This document shows positions 39,407 to 48,274 of a stretch of 64,000 bases of DNA, one piece after another. Below the pieces are notes generated by a model, which was given only the letters and a program-made list of their open reading frames with translations, was not told where the DNA came from and made no database searches. This DNA comes from a virus (lineage: Duplodnaviria; Caudoviricetes): the IMG/VR virus record IMGVR_UViG_3300015360_000023, positions 64,001 through 128,000 of that record. The stretch is one strand, 5' to 3'. A program made the translations under genes and the position numbers. The stretch's first letter is position 1; every line of letters starts with the position of its first letter.

Positions 39407-42400
39407 ATGACTAAACGCACACCCGTATCCGCACAACAAAACATATGGTCTGATGGTCAACAAGTAGATAATGATGATCTTACTTTAGAACAGCAGTATA
39501 ATGATACTATTGAGTCTTCTACGATCAATAATCATGTTGGCACGGGCGTTCTCCCAGAAGTTTTAGTTCAAAATATCATTTTTGACTCGTCTTTGGCCGC
39601 TGGCGTTCTAGATGGTAAGGCTATTTTTGCTCAAAACCAACCAACTGATAAAAATCTAGGTAATCAACTAGAAGTAAGTCTAGCTCAATCCAAGGCAGCC
39701 AGCCGTAAAGCTGTTAAAGTTGCTATAATTGGGTTAGATTTTCAAAGCAATTTAGAGTTTGAAACCTTTACTTTCAAGGCTAATGAAGCTCAGGTGAGCA
39801 AGAAGCATTTTGCTCAAGTAGTTCTAATTCTATTTAATGATTTTATTGGAGATGATGAACTATCTCTTAATCTAGGTGGGCGAATCCTTATTAAGGAAGC
39901 CCGCCCAATGACACTGTCCAGGTCTCCAATTATGGTGGCTCAGGACGTTCAACCTAATCTATTCTTCCGTGACTTCTTCTTAGATGGGCCGCTATCTTTG
40001 AATGCTCTGCTTCAAGCAGCTCTTCCATTATACAATACTGATACGCTAGATATCTTTACTGGAGATCTTGAAAAGAAACTATTATTGAGTGGTGATGTTA
40101 CTACTCAAATTGGCGAGAAGTTTTTGGCTACTACCAATAACGTTCAGAAGGTTACCCTTTTACTTGCTGTTCGTAACCAAGTAATCGGCAGTGAAACCGA
40201 CTTATCCTGGAACGGCGATTTAGTTGTTAGTATTTATCCACTACAATCTGATGTAGATTGTCCGTCTGATATCGCCCCCACTTTACCTATTGATTTCTCT
40301 CCATCCAATATTCCGGTTGCTCAAATCAGTACAAACTTCGCTTCCTTACAAGCTGCGGGTATCGTTCTTGATTCTGTTCCCCAGCCAGTTGACTTCATTT
40401 TTAGCAACAGCCCTATTGCTAGTGGTAACGTTCTTATCCCTGGGCAATACTACGCGCTAGCTATCAAGAGAAGCGGCTCCGCCAACAAGTGTGACATTAT
40501 GATTGATGTTGGTGATGCTCAAATCGCTAACTCTAGAATCACTACTTTCACAGGATCTCTTTGGGTTGACATTCCTGAACAACAACTTTGGTTTAGGGTA
40601 TGGCACGATGCAGCAAAAATCTCAGACGGCCAAGCTTATGAAGCAGGTCACGGTATTGCTATTGAGAAAACTGCTCAAGATTCTAATACACTTACTACAG
40701 TAGATTATTCTAAAGAACCACTTCAGTTTACTGGAAACGATGTTTTTAGAGCTATCGTAGCTGCCACCACCGAAGAAAGTGTCCCGGTCCCAGATCAAAG
40801 AACTGGTAATCCAGTTCTTACCCGCCAGCAGTTTATTCCAAACGTTACACTATTAAATACAATTGACGTGGCTAATTTGGAGGCTGCTTCCGAGCCATTA
40901 ATCATTGGGGTTATCTCTGATAAAAATAGAAAGTTTTTCGACTCTATTTCCTCTTTGATAAATTCAAAAATTTACAGCGCGACCTTTGTTAAAGATGAAC
41001 TATTAATTAGAATCGTTGATGATGTAACTGACGGCTACAGATATGATACGGGCGTTATTGGTCTTCAAACTAATTTGCTTAATGGAGATTTCATTGGCGC
41101 TAAGTTATTCCCTAACTCTAATAATCCTAACACCTTTTATAGAATCGCTGATGCTAGACTTTGTTCTTACATCTTGGGTGACGTAGACGGTAACGGTATC
41201 ATCGACGAGCACGACTTAGATTTACTAACTTCTTATGTTGGCACTAATCTAACTCTTGGCTTGCCACTTAATACTGTTCTTACTACAGATAACGTAACTA
41301 CTACTTTCACTAACGGTTACATTACGGTTACACAACCATTTACTAATTTATTTAGTGTTACATTCCAATTGATTGAAACTTCTACTGGTACGGTTGTAGC
41401 AAGCGGTTCAGATGGTGTTCTTGTTGCCAATCCAGCCGATCCTCGTTTGGCTCAGTTTACTAGCGCTACGGTTAACTTCAATGTTATCGTCGGTCTAACG
41501 GATTACAAACTAGTTATTATTGCTCCATTGAGTGAACCAAACTACGGCGCATTTGAAATTACTTCAATTGATTCACTCACAGATGTTCTTACTCTTAGAA
41601 AAACCTATCTAACTGGAGATGCTATTGGTGAGATGCTAAGAGCCGATATTGATGGCGACTTCCATATTACTATTAATGATGGGTATTTACTAAGTAGTTA
41701 TATTGACAGGGTTCCGCTAACCATGTCTCCAACCAGCACTTTCCCTGGACCATCAACTAACGCCTACACTAAGATTGGTGTTACTTTCAATGTTCTTAGA
41801 TTTAGACTTGAGACATACATCGATAGAGCTGACGATTATACTAATTTGACTGTTGGAAGATCTGCTAGCATTCATACTACACCAGATATCTTTACCGCCG
41901 ATGGTTATTTCTCATTGCATGACTTTTTAGCCTCTCCGGTTCCAATTACTATCCAAAAGCAACTTACATGGGACGAGTCCTTAATTGTTACTAATAGTAA
42001 TCCAAAGATGGTTCCAAGTGTCTTCACTAATCAATCGGGGTTCATTCAAAATGAATGCCTTGTTGAAGGAATCAATTGTACTATCTATGGTTCTAGACCA
42101 GATTTTGATCCTGGTACTGTAGACTTCTTTGCTCCAAATAATCTAATCATTGGTCAGGGAGAAATTCACAGACCAGATGGAGAGTTTTATAAGGTAGACT
42201 TTGAAGTTGGTACCATTGTTCTAGAAATTCCAGATGGTTTATTCGGTTCTGAAAGAACTGTTAATATCTTGGATGATTTTATTGCAGACTATACTGGTGC
42301 CGGTGCAACTCGTTTAGGATTCCCATCAATGAAGTTTGCTGATTGTTCATTCGTAACAGCAGATGCTTTAGCTAATGATCAATTAAGATTCTCTGTTGCA

Positions 42401-43417
42401 GTTCAGTCTTTCTCTCCAAATACAAATGGAATGAGTGACGACGGCTACTTCGGCGCCATCGTGGACGGCAAGATTGGCGTCTCTATTGATTATGGTACTG
42501 GTTTACTAACTCTAAATTTCACAAACTTATTTGAAGACTCTGTTCTTTCATCACTAAGTACTAAAATTCAAATTCATGTCTTCTTAAAGAAGGGTGGATT
42601 TAACAACCGTCCATTATTCGTAGACTCTGTGAAAGTTCAGAATATGCTAAAGCTTATTTCTGTCTTCTCTGGAGCCAATGATGGCGGACCTTCCGCTTTG
42701 GTTGATTTGAATTCAGACGTAAGTGGTATCCTGCCAATTCTTCACGGTGGTACTGGGCTTAATGCAACTGGATTATTTGGAACTGTCTTAACTAGTACGG
42801 GCAGCGGTCTTAATTATCAATTCGTTAATACTCTAACTAATGTTATTGCGTTTTCTACTGGTATTCCAGATGCTGATAGAGTGCCAAAGACAGATGGTTA
42901 CGGATTACTAGACCCAAGCTTCTATTACAAGCAACCAATGTATATCTGGGGTGTCGCGGGAACTTTCTCAAGCGACGGCTACGCATCCCCATCTGTTATC
43001 GGCGCTTTAACTTTTAGATTCGACAAGTTCATTCTAGAAGGATTATCAGATATTAAAATTGAAGCAATCTTAGAAACAACTAATGCAACTAATGCTGCAC
43101 AGTTACAATTGTATAATGTTAATACTCACAGCTATGTAAATTTGGGCGGAACAGGTAATGCAATTACTACAACTAGTACTTTTCCAACTTTAGTTACATC
43201 TCAAGACATTAAAGCCTTGTTATCATCGGGCGCCACCAATTTCATTTATGAAATTCATTTGAATATGAATCCATCTCCTGGTAACCCTGTCTCCGAGCAA
43301 GCTATCTGCAAGATGTGTCGTTTAGTTATGACTTACAATAATCCAACTACTCCAACTCCTCCAACGGCTCATAGCTGGAACTTCGTACCATATTTGCCTT
43401 CTCCAACCCCAATATAA
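39407..43417 (+). CDS. baseplate/fibre-anchoring protein with dockerin-like EF-hand pair
   Basis: N-terminal WSDGQQVDNDDLTLEQQY anchor-like motif. Contains GDVDGNGIIDEHDLDLLTSYV and ADIDGDFHITINDGYLLSSYI. Confidence 0.6.
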   Translation: MTKRTPVSAQQNIWSDGQQVDNDDLTLEQQYNDTIESSTINNHVGTGVLPEVLVQNIIFDSSLAAGVLDGKAIFAQNQPTDKNLGNQLEVSLAQSKAASRKAVKVAIIGLDFQSNLEFETFTFKANEAQVSKKHFAQVVLILFNDFIGDDELSLNLGGRILIKEARPMTLSRSPIMVAQDVQPNLFFRDFFLDGPLSLNALLQAALPLYNTDTLDIFTGDLEKKLLLSGDVTTQIGEKFLATTNNVQKVTLLLAVRNQVIGSETDLSWNGDLVVSIYPLQSDVDCPSDIAPTLPIDFSPSNIPVAQISTNFASLQAAGIVLDSVPQPVDFIFSNSPIASGNVLIPGQYYALAIKRSGSANKCDIMIDVGDAQIANSRITTFTGSLWVDIPEQQLWFRVWHDAAKISDGQAYEAGHGIAIEKTAQDSNTLTTVDYSKEPLQFTGNDVFRAIVAATTEESVPVPDQRTGNPVLTRQQFIPNVTLLNTIDVANLEAASEPLIIGVISDKNRKFFDSISSLINSKIYSATFVKDELLIRIVDDVTDGYRYDTGVIGLQTNLLNGDFIGAKLFPNSNNPNTFYRIADARLCSYILGDVDGNGIIDEHDLDLLTSYVGTNLTLGLPLNTVLTTDNVTTTFTNGYITVTQPFTNLFSVTFQLIETSTGTVVASGSDGVLVANPADPRLAQFTSATVNFNVIVGLTDYKLVIIAPLSEPNYGAFEITSIDSLTDVLTLRKTYLTGDAIGEMLRADIDGDFHITINDGYLLSSYIDRVPLTMSPTSTFPGPSTNAYTKIGVTFNVLRFRLETYIDRADDYTNLTVGRSASIHTTPDIFTADGYFSLHDFLASPVPITIQKQLTWDESLIVTNSNPKMVPSVFTNQSGFIQNECLVEGINCTIYGSRPDFDPGTVDFFAPNNLIIGQGEIHRPDGEFYKVDFEVGTIVLEIPDGLFGSERTVNILDDFIADYTGAGATRLGFPSMKFADCSFVTADALANDQLRFSVAVQSFSPNTNGMSDDGYFGAIVDGKIGVSIDYGTGLLTLNFTNLFEDSVLSSLSTKIQIHVFLKKGGFNNRPLFVDSVKVQNMLKLISVFSGANDGGPSALVDLNSDVSGILPILHGGTGLNATGLFGTVLTSTGSGLNYQFVNTLTNVIAFSTGIPDADRVPKTDGYGLLDPSFYYKQPMYIWGVAGTFSSDGYASPSVIGALTFRFDKFILEGLSDIKIEAILETTNATNAAQLQLYNVNTHSYVNLGGTGNAITTTSTFPTLVTSQDIKALLSSGATNFIYEIHLNMNPSPGNPVSEQAICKMCRLVMTYNNPTTPTPPTAHSWNFVPYLPSPTPI

Positions 43418-43424
43418 TGCGGAC

Positions 43425-43453
43425 TTGACATGCTCCATTGGCCGCCCTATCTT
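43425..43453 (+). promoter_or_regulatory. sigma70-type promoter
   Basis: TTGACA (43425-43430), a 17-nt spacer, then TATCTT (43448-43453). ATG at 43462 with no SD. Confidence 0.7.
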
Positions 43454-43461
43454 GTGCGACT

Positions 43462-44217
43462 ATGAGTAAATTATCAGCAAAAATTACAGGTCGCCTGGAT
43501 TCGATGTACGGTAAAGAGTCTGTTTTTCGAAAATTTTGTCGCAAGTATTTTGGCCTTCCTTCTGTTATTGAATTAGGGTGGAATGATTGTAATGCGCTTG
43601 AAATGGCTGAGTTCAGTGATGAACCTAAGGGTAAAACCTGGGAAGATTATGATGCCTACATGAAGAAGACATATCCTACTCGTTTCTTCTTTAACAAGAC
43701 GCTCCCTAAGTTTTTACGATACAAGATTTGGTTTAAATTATCGATTCCTGCCGAAAAGATTCGCTATTTCTTGGTTTCTCATTTAATTCCAAGTCGCCGT
43801 TATCATATGCTTGATTTGCGTCAAGAAGGTGGATATCAATATGGCTGGAATGATGTTCCTGAAAAGATGCTCTATGCTATATTCAATCTTCTTGGAGAAT
43901 ATGTTACCAAGGAAGAGCCGCATGATCTGACTCAGTGGTATACTCAGGAACAAATTGATGCTGATGAGGGGCTTACTGCTCAGCAAAATTCAATTCTGGA
44001 AGCCCGAGCCATTCACCACTGGTGGACGGTTGAGCGTAAGGAGAATGAGAAGGAGAGGGCTCGTCTACTGACTCTTTGGGCGGATGCGCGTAAAACCAAA
44101 GATCCTAAAAAAGAAGAATATTGGATTCAGATGCATAAAATGGATGAGGATGCTGAAACAAAAACTGATGAAATGATTGCTCGTCTAATGAAGATTAGAC
44201 GAACTCTTTGGACTTGA
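43462..44217 (+). CDS. hypothetical protein (aromatic-rich)
   Basis: The track's TTG start at 43438 lies inside the promoter spacer, so ATG 43462 is preferred. No family recognised. Confidence 0.75.
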   Translation: MSKLSAKITGRLDSMYGKESVFRKFCRKYFGLPSVIELGWNDCNALEMAEFSDEPKGKTWEDYDAYMKKTYPTRFFFNKTLPKFLRYKIWFKLSIPAEKIRYFLVSHLIPSRRYHMLDLRQEGGYQYGWNDVPEKMLYAIFNLLGEYVTKEEPHDLTQWYTQEQIDADEGLTAQQNSILEARAIHHWWTVERKENEKERARLLTLWADARKTKDPKKEEYWIQMHKMDEDAETKTDEMIARLMKIRRTLWT

Positions 44218-44230
44218 TATAGAATGGTTT

Positions 44231-45367
44231 ATGAAAGTATGTTGGTATGGCTTCTTAGGCAAGAATCATAGTTGGTCTATCGTTGGGCAAAATATCTCGC
44301 GAGAATTGATAAAGATGGGTCACGAGGTAGATTTATTTTCTACCAATGGTGATTTGTATTTTCCTGATGATCTTCGCCCCTTTCTTAAAGGTACATTGGA
44401 AGAGGGGAAGTCGCTAACCTATGATGAGTATTTAGAGTTTGTAGCCAAGCGTCTTGATGCTACCTATGACATGCAGCTATCTTATACTGCTTTATTGAAT
44501 TTTAGCCGATACTTTGTTCGCGGTAATACAAATAGATTTGGTATCTGGAACTATGAGACTACTGTTCTTCCTAAAGCATTCGCTAAACATGCTCTAGCTG
44601 TAGATAAGATTGTTCCCTCTTCTAATTTTTCTAAAGAAATCTTTACTAAGAATGGAATGCCTGAAGATCAACAGGTTATGATTCCTCATGGAATTCATTT
44701 AGATCGTTTTGAGAATTTGGGCAAGCACCCTTTAAAGACTACGAAGAAGTATAAAGTATTAGCTAATATTGCTCAACCTCATCTACGCAAGAACATCCCT
44801 GGCTTATTAGAGACCTGGGGTAAAGCTTTTACTAAAGCTGATGATGTTTGTTTAGTGATGAAGATCTCTAAGAAGGGTGCCAATGGCATGATGGATGTCT
44901 CGTTTAACGAAATTTTTAATAATTTTCGTACTAAGTATAAAAATCATGCAGAAATCGAAATCATTGACACGTTTCTTGTAGATATTGAACCACTTTACAA
45001 TGCGTGTGACGTGGTTATTACTATGAGCCACGCGGAATGTTTCTGGATGCCTGGCCTGGAGGCCTTCGCTGCTAATAAGGTGGTCATAGCTCCGCGCTAT
45101 GGTGGTCAACTTGACTACATGAATGATGATAACTCAATCTTGATTGATGGTAAACTCATTCGTGCTGACAACCGCATGCAGTATTGGGAGCCTTCTCCTT
45201 ATGCCGCTGTCTTCGATGCAGATACGACTCAAGCCGCAACCAAACTAAAAGATGTAGTTAAGAACTATGGTGATTATCTAAATAAATTTTCTCCAAAGAT
45301 GAAGGAGATTCTTCCAGAATATTCTTGGAAGAGAGTGGCAGAAAGGTTCGTAGAACTATGCCATTGA
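44231..45367 (+). CDS. glycosyltransferase family 4 (GT-B)
   Basis: LIKMGHEVDL, IVPSSNF, IPHGI, RKNIPGLL, and the E-x7-E motif ECFWMPGLE. Confidence 0.9.
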   Translation: MKVCWYGFLGKNHSWSIVGQNISRELIKMGHEVDLFSTNGDLYFPDDLRPFLKGTLEEGKSLTYDEYLEFVAKRLDATYDMQLSYTALLNFSRYFVRGNTNRFGIWNYETTVLPKAFAKHALAVDKIVPSSNFSKEIFTKNGMPEDQQVMIPHGIHLDRFENLGKHPLKTTKKYKVLANIAQPHLRKNIPGLLETWGKAFTKADDVCLVMKISKKGANGMMDVSFNEIFNNFRTKYKNHAEIEIIDTFLVDIEPLYNACDVVITMSHAECFWMPGLEAFAANKVVIAPRYGGQLDYMNDDNSILIDGKLIRADNRMQYWEPSPYAAVFDADTTQAATKLKDVVKNYGDYLNKFSPKMKEILPEYSWKRVAERFVELCH

Positions 45368-45603
45368 ACTATTGGGGTTCAGAGATTGATGAGCAAATCA
45401 TCATTTCTTCAAGGAACACTATAGGTCAATATGAAGAATCATTCGTTGGGGTAATGCCTGTTCGACAAGACATTCAAGTGTTGCCGGCTGATGGGCCAAG
45501 ACAATTAAAACTTGGGTGGAAAGTAAGAGAAGTTGTAGGCGTAAGCGTCATCAACCCTAATGGTGTATTAGCTGGCAGCAAATCAACAATGGTGGGAAAA
45601 TAA
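45358..45603 (+). CDS. hypothetical protein (81 aa)
   Basis: ATG 45358 overlaps the GT4 end, with AAAGG upstream. It fills the gap between genes. Confidence 0.5.
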   Translation: MPLNYWGSEIDEQIIISSRNTIGQYEESFVGVMPVRQDIQVLPADGPRQLKLGWKVREVVGVSVINPNGVLAGSKSTMVGK

Positions 45604-45604
45604 T

Positions 45605-45739
45605 ATGGCTTGTTATCCAGGGATGTATCATGGGTGGTCTGATTTAACTGATGAGTTACATGATTATATCACCATTACATCTAATAATAGAGTAGTAAAA
45701 AATATGGTATGGCGGGGAGTGCTCCCAGGCATTTATTAA
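45605..45739 (+). CDS. small hypothetical protein (44 aa, MACYPGMYHGW...)
   Basis: Read manually. It starts 1 nt after the previous stop and ends 7 nt before the next ATG; below the track's length cutoff. Confidence 0.4.
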   Translation: MACYPGMYHGWSDLTDELHDYITITSNNRVVKNMVWRGVLPGIY

Positions 45740-45746
45740 GGTCATT

Positions 45747-46457
45747 ATGAGTAAGATATTAAGTATTGTTATTCCAGTTTTCAATAAGTGGAACTTCACC
45801 AAGTCTTGTTTGACTGATTTAGTTCAATTACCTGAAGATCATGAAATCATTGTTATCGACAATGCTAGTGCAGATGATACTCCAACCAAGATTCAAGGGC
45901 TAATTGACGAGCTATTCCTCAAATACCCATTGAGCTGCGAAATCCGTTACGTGAGAAACGAAGAGAATACTTTTCATTCTAAAGCCTGTAATCAGGGCTT
46001 TCGTTTAGCTCAGGGCGATAACGTTCTATTTCTCAATAATGACATTCGAGTTAAAGCCAGCCATACAACGTGGACCAAGCCAATCATCGATGGTTGCGCT
46101 AATGGAATCGTAGGTCCAACGATGGGTCAGCTTGACAGCAATCTAAACTTCGTCAAAGAAGCCAGCCAGCAATTGACCGGCAACTCTTATTTGGGCGGTT
46201 GGTGTATTGCGGCCAGCAAGACCACTTGGAAAGAGCTTGACGTAGATGGTACGGGCCAGATTTGGAACGAAGAGTTTCCATTTTACTTCAATGATACAGA
46301 CTTGAGCTTTCGCGCTCGTCTTAATAGGGTTCCATTAACTGTAGTTAACGTTCCTGACGTAACTCATTTTGGTAAAGTTTCCGCAGCACAAATTAACATT
46401 CACAAATTGTATACTGAGGGAAGATCAATCTTCCTTAAAAACTGGAGTAAGCGATAA
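45747..46457 (+). CDS. glycosyltransferase family 2
   Basis: LSIVIPVFN, IIVIDNASAD, ACNQG, VLFLNND, YFNDTDLSFR. Confidence 0.9.
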   Translation: MSKILSIVIPVFNKWNFTKSCLTDLVQLPEDHEIIVIDNASADDTPTKIQGLIDELFLKYPLSCEIRYVRNEENTFHSKACNQGFRLAQGDNVLFLNNDIRVKASHTTWTKPIIDGCANGIVGPTMGQLDSNLNFVKEASQQLTGNSYLGGWCIAASKTTWKELDVDGTGQIWNEEFPFYFNDTDLSFRARLNRVPLTVVNVPDVTHFGKVSAAQINIHKLYTEGRSIFLKNWSKR

Positions 46458-47281
46458 TGCCTGAAGGCGTAGAAGTAAGAATCAGTGCAGAGTTAATTAA
46501 ACCACTAGTAATAGGTAAGCAAGTTTCAATTTCATTACCACATGGAGCTGGAAGGTACAAATCATCTCCCCCTGAAGGATACGTTGCTTTTGAAAAATCA
46601 GTAATTACTGAATATGTAAAAGTAGTTGATGTTCAAACTAAAGGTAAATTCATGTATTGGTCATTTGATAATGGCTGGTATATGTTTTGTACTTTTGGAA
46701 TGACAGGGCAGTGGTCACCTATTATGGCCAAGCACCCTTGCTTCGTTTTTACTTTTGAAGATAACACTCAGGCCTTCTTTAATGATCCAAGACATTTTGG
46801 CACAATCAAATTTATTAACAATCGAGATGAGTTACTGCTTAAGCTAAATGAATTAGGCTGGGATCCTTTGAATCAAGAGCTAACTCCCGTATGGCAGAAT
46901 TTCGTTATCAATACGCTGGCGCGCACGACCAAACCAATTGGTCAGGTACTGATGGACCAAGGCGTTTTTGCTGGCGTAGGTAACTACATTCGTGCGGAAG
47001 CGTTATATCTAGCAAAGATGTCTCCTTGGTGTAATAGTAATAAGTTAAAGAAAGACGAAATTGCTATTTTATGTCAGGCGCTTGTTGATGTAATGAAAGA
47101 TTCGTATAATCATCAAGGAGCTACTATCCTTACCTATAAAGATGCCTATGGGGCAGAAGGTAAGTACTCAAGCTGTTTTAAGGTTTATGGCCAAAAGACA
47201 GACCCTTTGGGTAATCCAATTATCAAAGAAGAGACGCCCGATAAGCGCACTATTCATTGGTGCCCCGCAGTACAAGTATAA
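46457..47281 (+). CDS. Fpg/Nei family DNA glycosylase/AP lyase, zincless-finger type
   Basis: N-terminal (M)PEG-EV, KGKF, H2TH motif LMDQ..FAGVGNYIRAEALY. The C-terminus RTIHWCPAVQ lacks the four-Cys zinc finger. Confidence 0.92.
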   Translation: MPEGVEVRISAELIKPLVIGKQVSISLPHGAGRYKSSPPEGYVAFEKSVITEYVKVVDVQTKGKFMYWSFDNGWYMFCTFGMTGQWSPIMAKHPCFVFTFEDNTQAFFNDPRHFGTIKFINNRDELLLKLNELGWDPLNQELTPVWQNFVINTLARTTKPIGQVLMDQGVFAGVGNYIRAEALYLAKMSPWCNSNKLKKDEIAILCQALVDVMKDSYNHQGATILTYKDAYGAEGKYSSCFKVYGQKTDPLGNPIIKEETPDKRTIHWCPAVQV

Positions 47282-47289
47282 AGGTCATT

Positions 47290-48264
47290 ATGTCATTATC
47301 TACAAAAATTCTAATTTGGTTAGGCGGTATTCTTCTGGTTGGTGCTTTAGGTTTCATTATCTATACACAGATTCAAATATCTAAACGACAAGAAGCTATT
47401 GAGCAAAATGTAGTGGCTCAAAAACTATTGGTGGATGGCATTGTTCGAAGTCAGTCTACCTGGGCCACAAGAGATGATGTAGAGAAGTTTATCAAAGACA
47501 ATGGACTAAACCTCAAAGCAATCCAAGAAGACCTAGATAAGCTTCACGCTGAGGTCTCCTCAATCAATGTAGCGATTGCTAGTAGCAAAGGGCAAATCGG
47601 CACGCACATTCCAACGACTCCTGGTCCAGTAATTAATCCTGGGCCTATTGATCCAAAGAATCCAGATCCATATGGATACATGAAGCGTCAACAAACGTTT
47701 GTCCTAAATGAAGATTTTGGTTCCATTAAGATTCCAATTGGGTCAGTCGGATTTAGTGCGTGGCAGAAGGAACCTTGGAATTATGATATCAAGGCTAGAG
47801 ATTATAAACTAGCTACTGTAGTAGGAACTGACGAAAATCAAAGACAATATTTCTATAATAAGTTTACTGTTCAAACAGATGGTAAAGAATATGTAGTTCC
47901 GATCAAAACTGCAACTACAGAACAGGTATTCCCTGAGGCTAAGTTTAGCTGGTGGAACCCAAGACTATTCCTTGGCGTAGATGGTGCAGTTGGGCTCGCC
48001 CCTGTCAAAGGGGAGTTCACACCAAATCTAGGTGTTCAAATTATGTCTTATGGTCGATATAAGACTCAGCCAGATCTTTCTGTTTTGCAAGTGGGTGCAG
48101 GCTATGGTACTATTAGTAAAACGCCGCAACTTGTTATAACGCCCATATCATATAATATTGGTAAACATTTACCACTCATGAATAACACATATATTGGACC
48201 CTCTCTCGGCGTAGGTACTGACGGTAACGTCTTTATTGGCGCCGGCTTGAGAGTTGGATTATAA
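47290..48264 (+). CDS. N-terminally membrane-anchored protein with coiled coil and beta-rich C-terminus (spanin candidate)
   Basis: TM segment ILIWLGGILLVGALGFIIY, a coiled coil, and alternating Gly/hydrophobic strands to the C-terminus. Start at 47290 follows AAGG. Confidence 0.55.
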   Translation: MSLSTKILIWLGGILLVGALGFIIYTQIQISKRQEAIEQNVVAQKLLVDGIVRSQSTWATRDDVEKFIKDNGLNLKAIQEDLDKLHAEVSSINVAIASSKGQIGTHIPTTPGPVINPGPIDPKNPDPYGYMKRQQTFVLNEDFGSIKIPIGSVGFSAWQKEPWNYDIKARDYKLATVVGTDENQRQYFYNKFTVQTDGKEYVVPIKTATTEQVFPEAKFSWWNPRLFLGVDGAVGLAPVKGEFTPNLGVQIMSYGRYKTQPDLSVLQVGAGYGTISKTPQLVITPISYNIGKHLPLMNNTYIGPSLGVGTDGNVFIGAGLRVGL

Positions 48265-48274
48265 AGGAAGAATA

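Noticed and set aside
8109-43417. Bacterial eCIS/T6SS or prophage rather than a lytic jumbo phage
   Set aside because: Contiguous with phage replication genes, sigma, RNR and PhoH on one strand, with no host housekeeping genes or integrase. Head genes are presumably outside the window.
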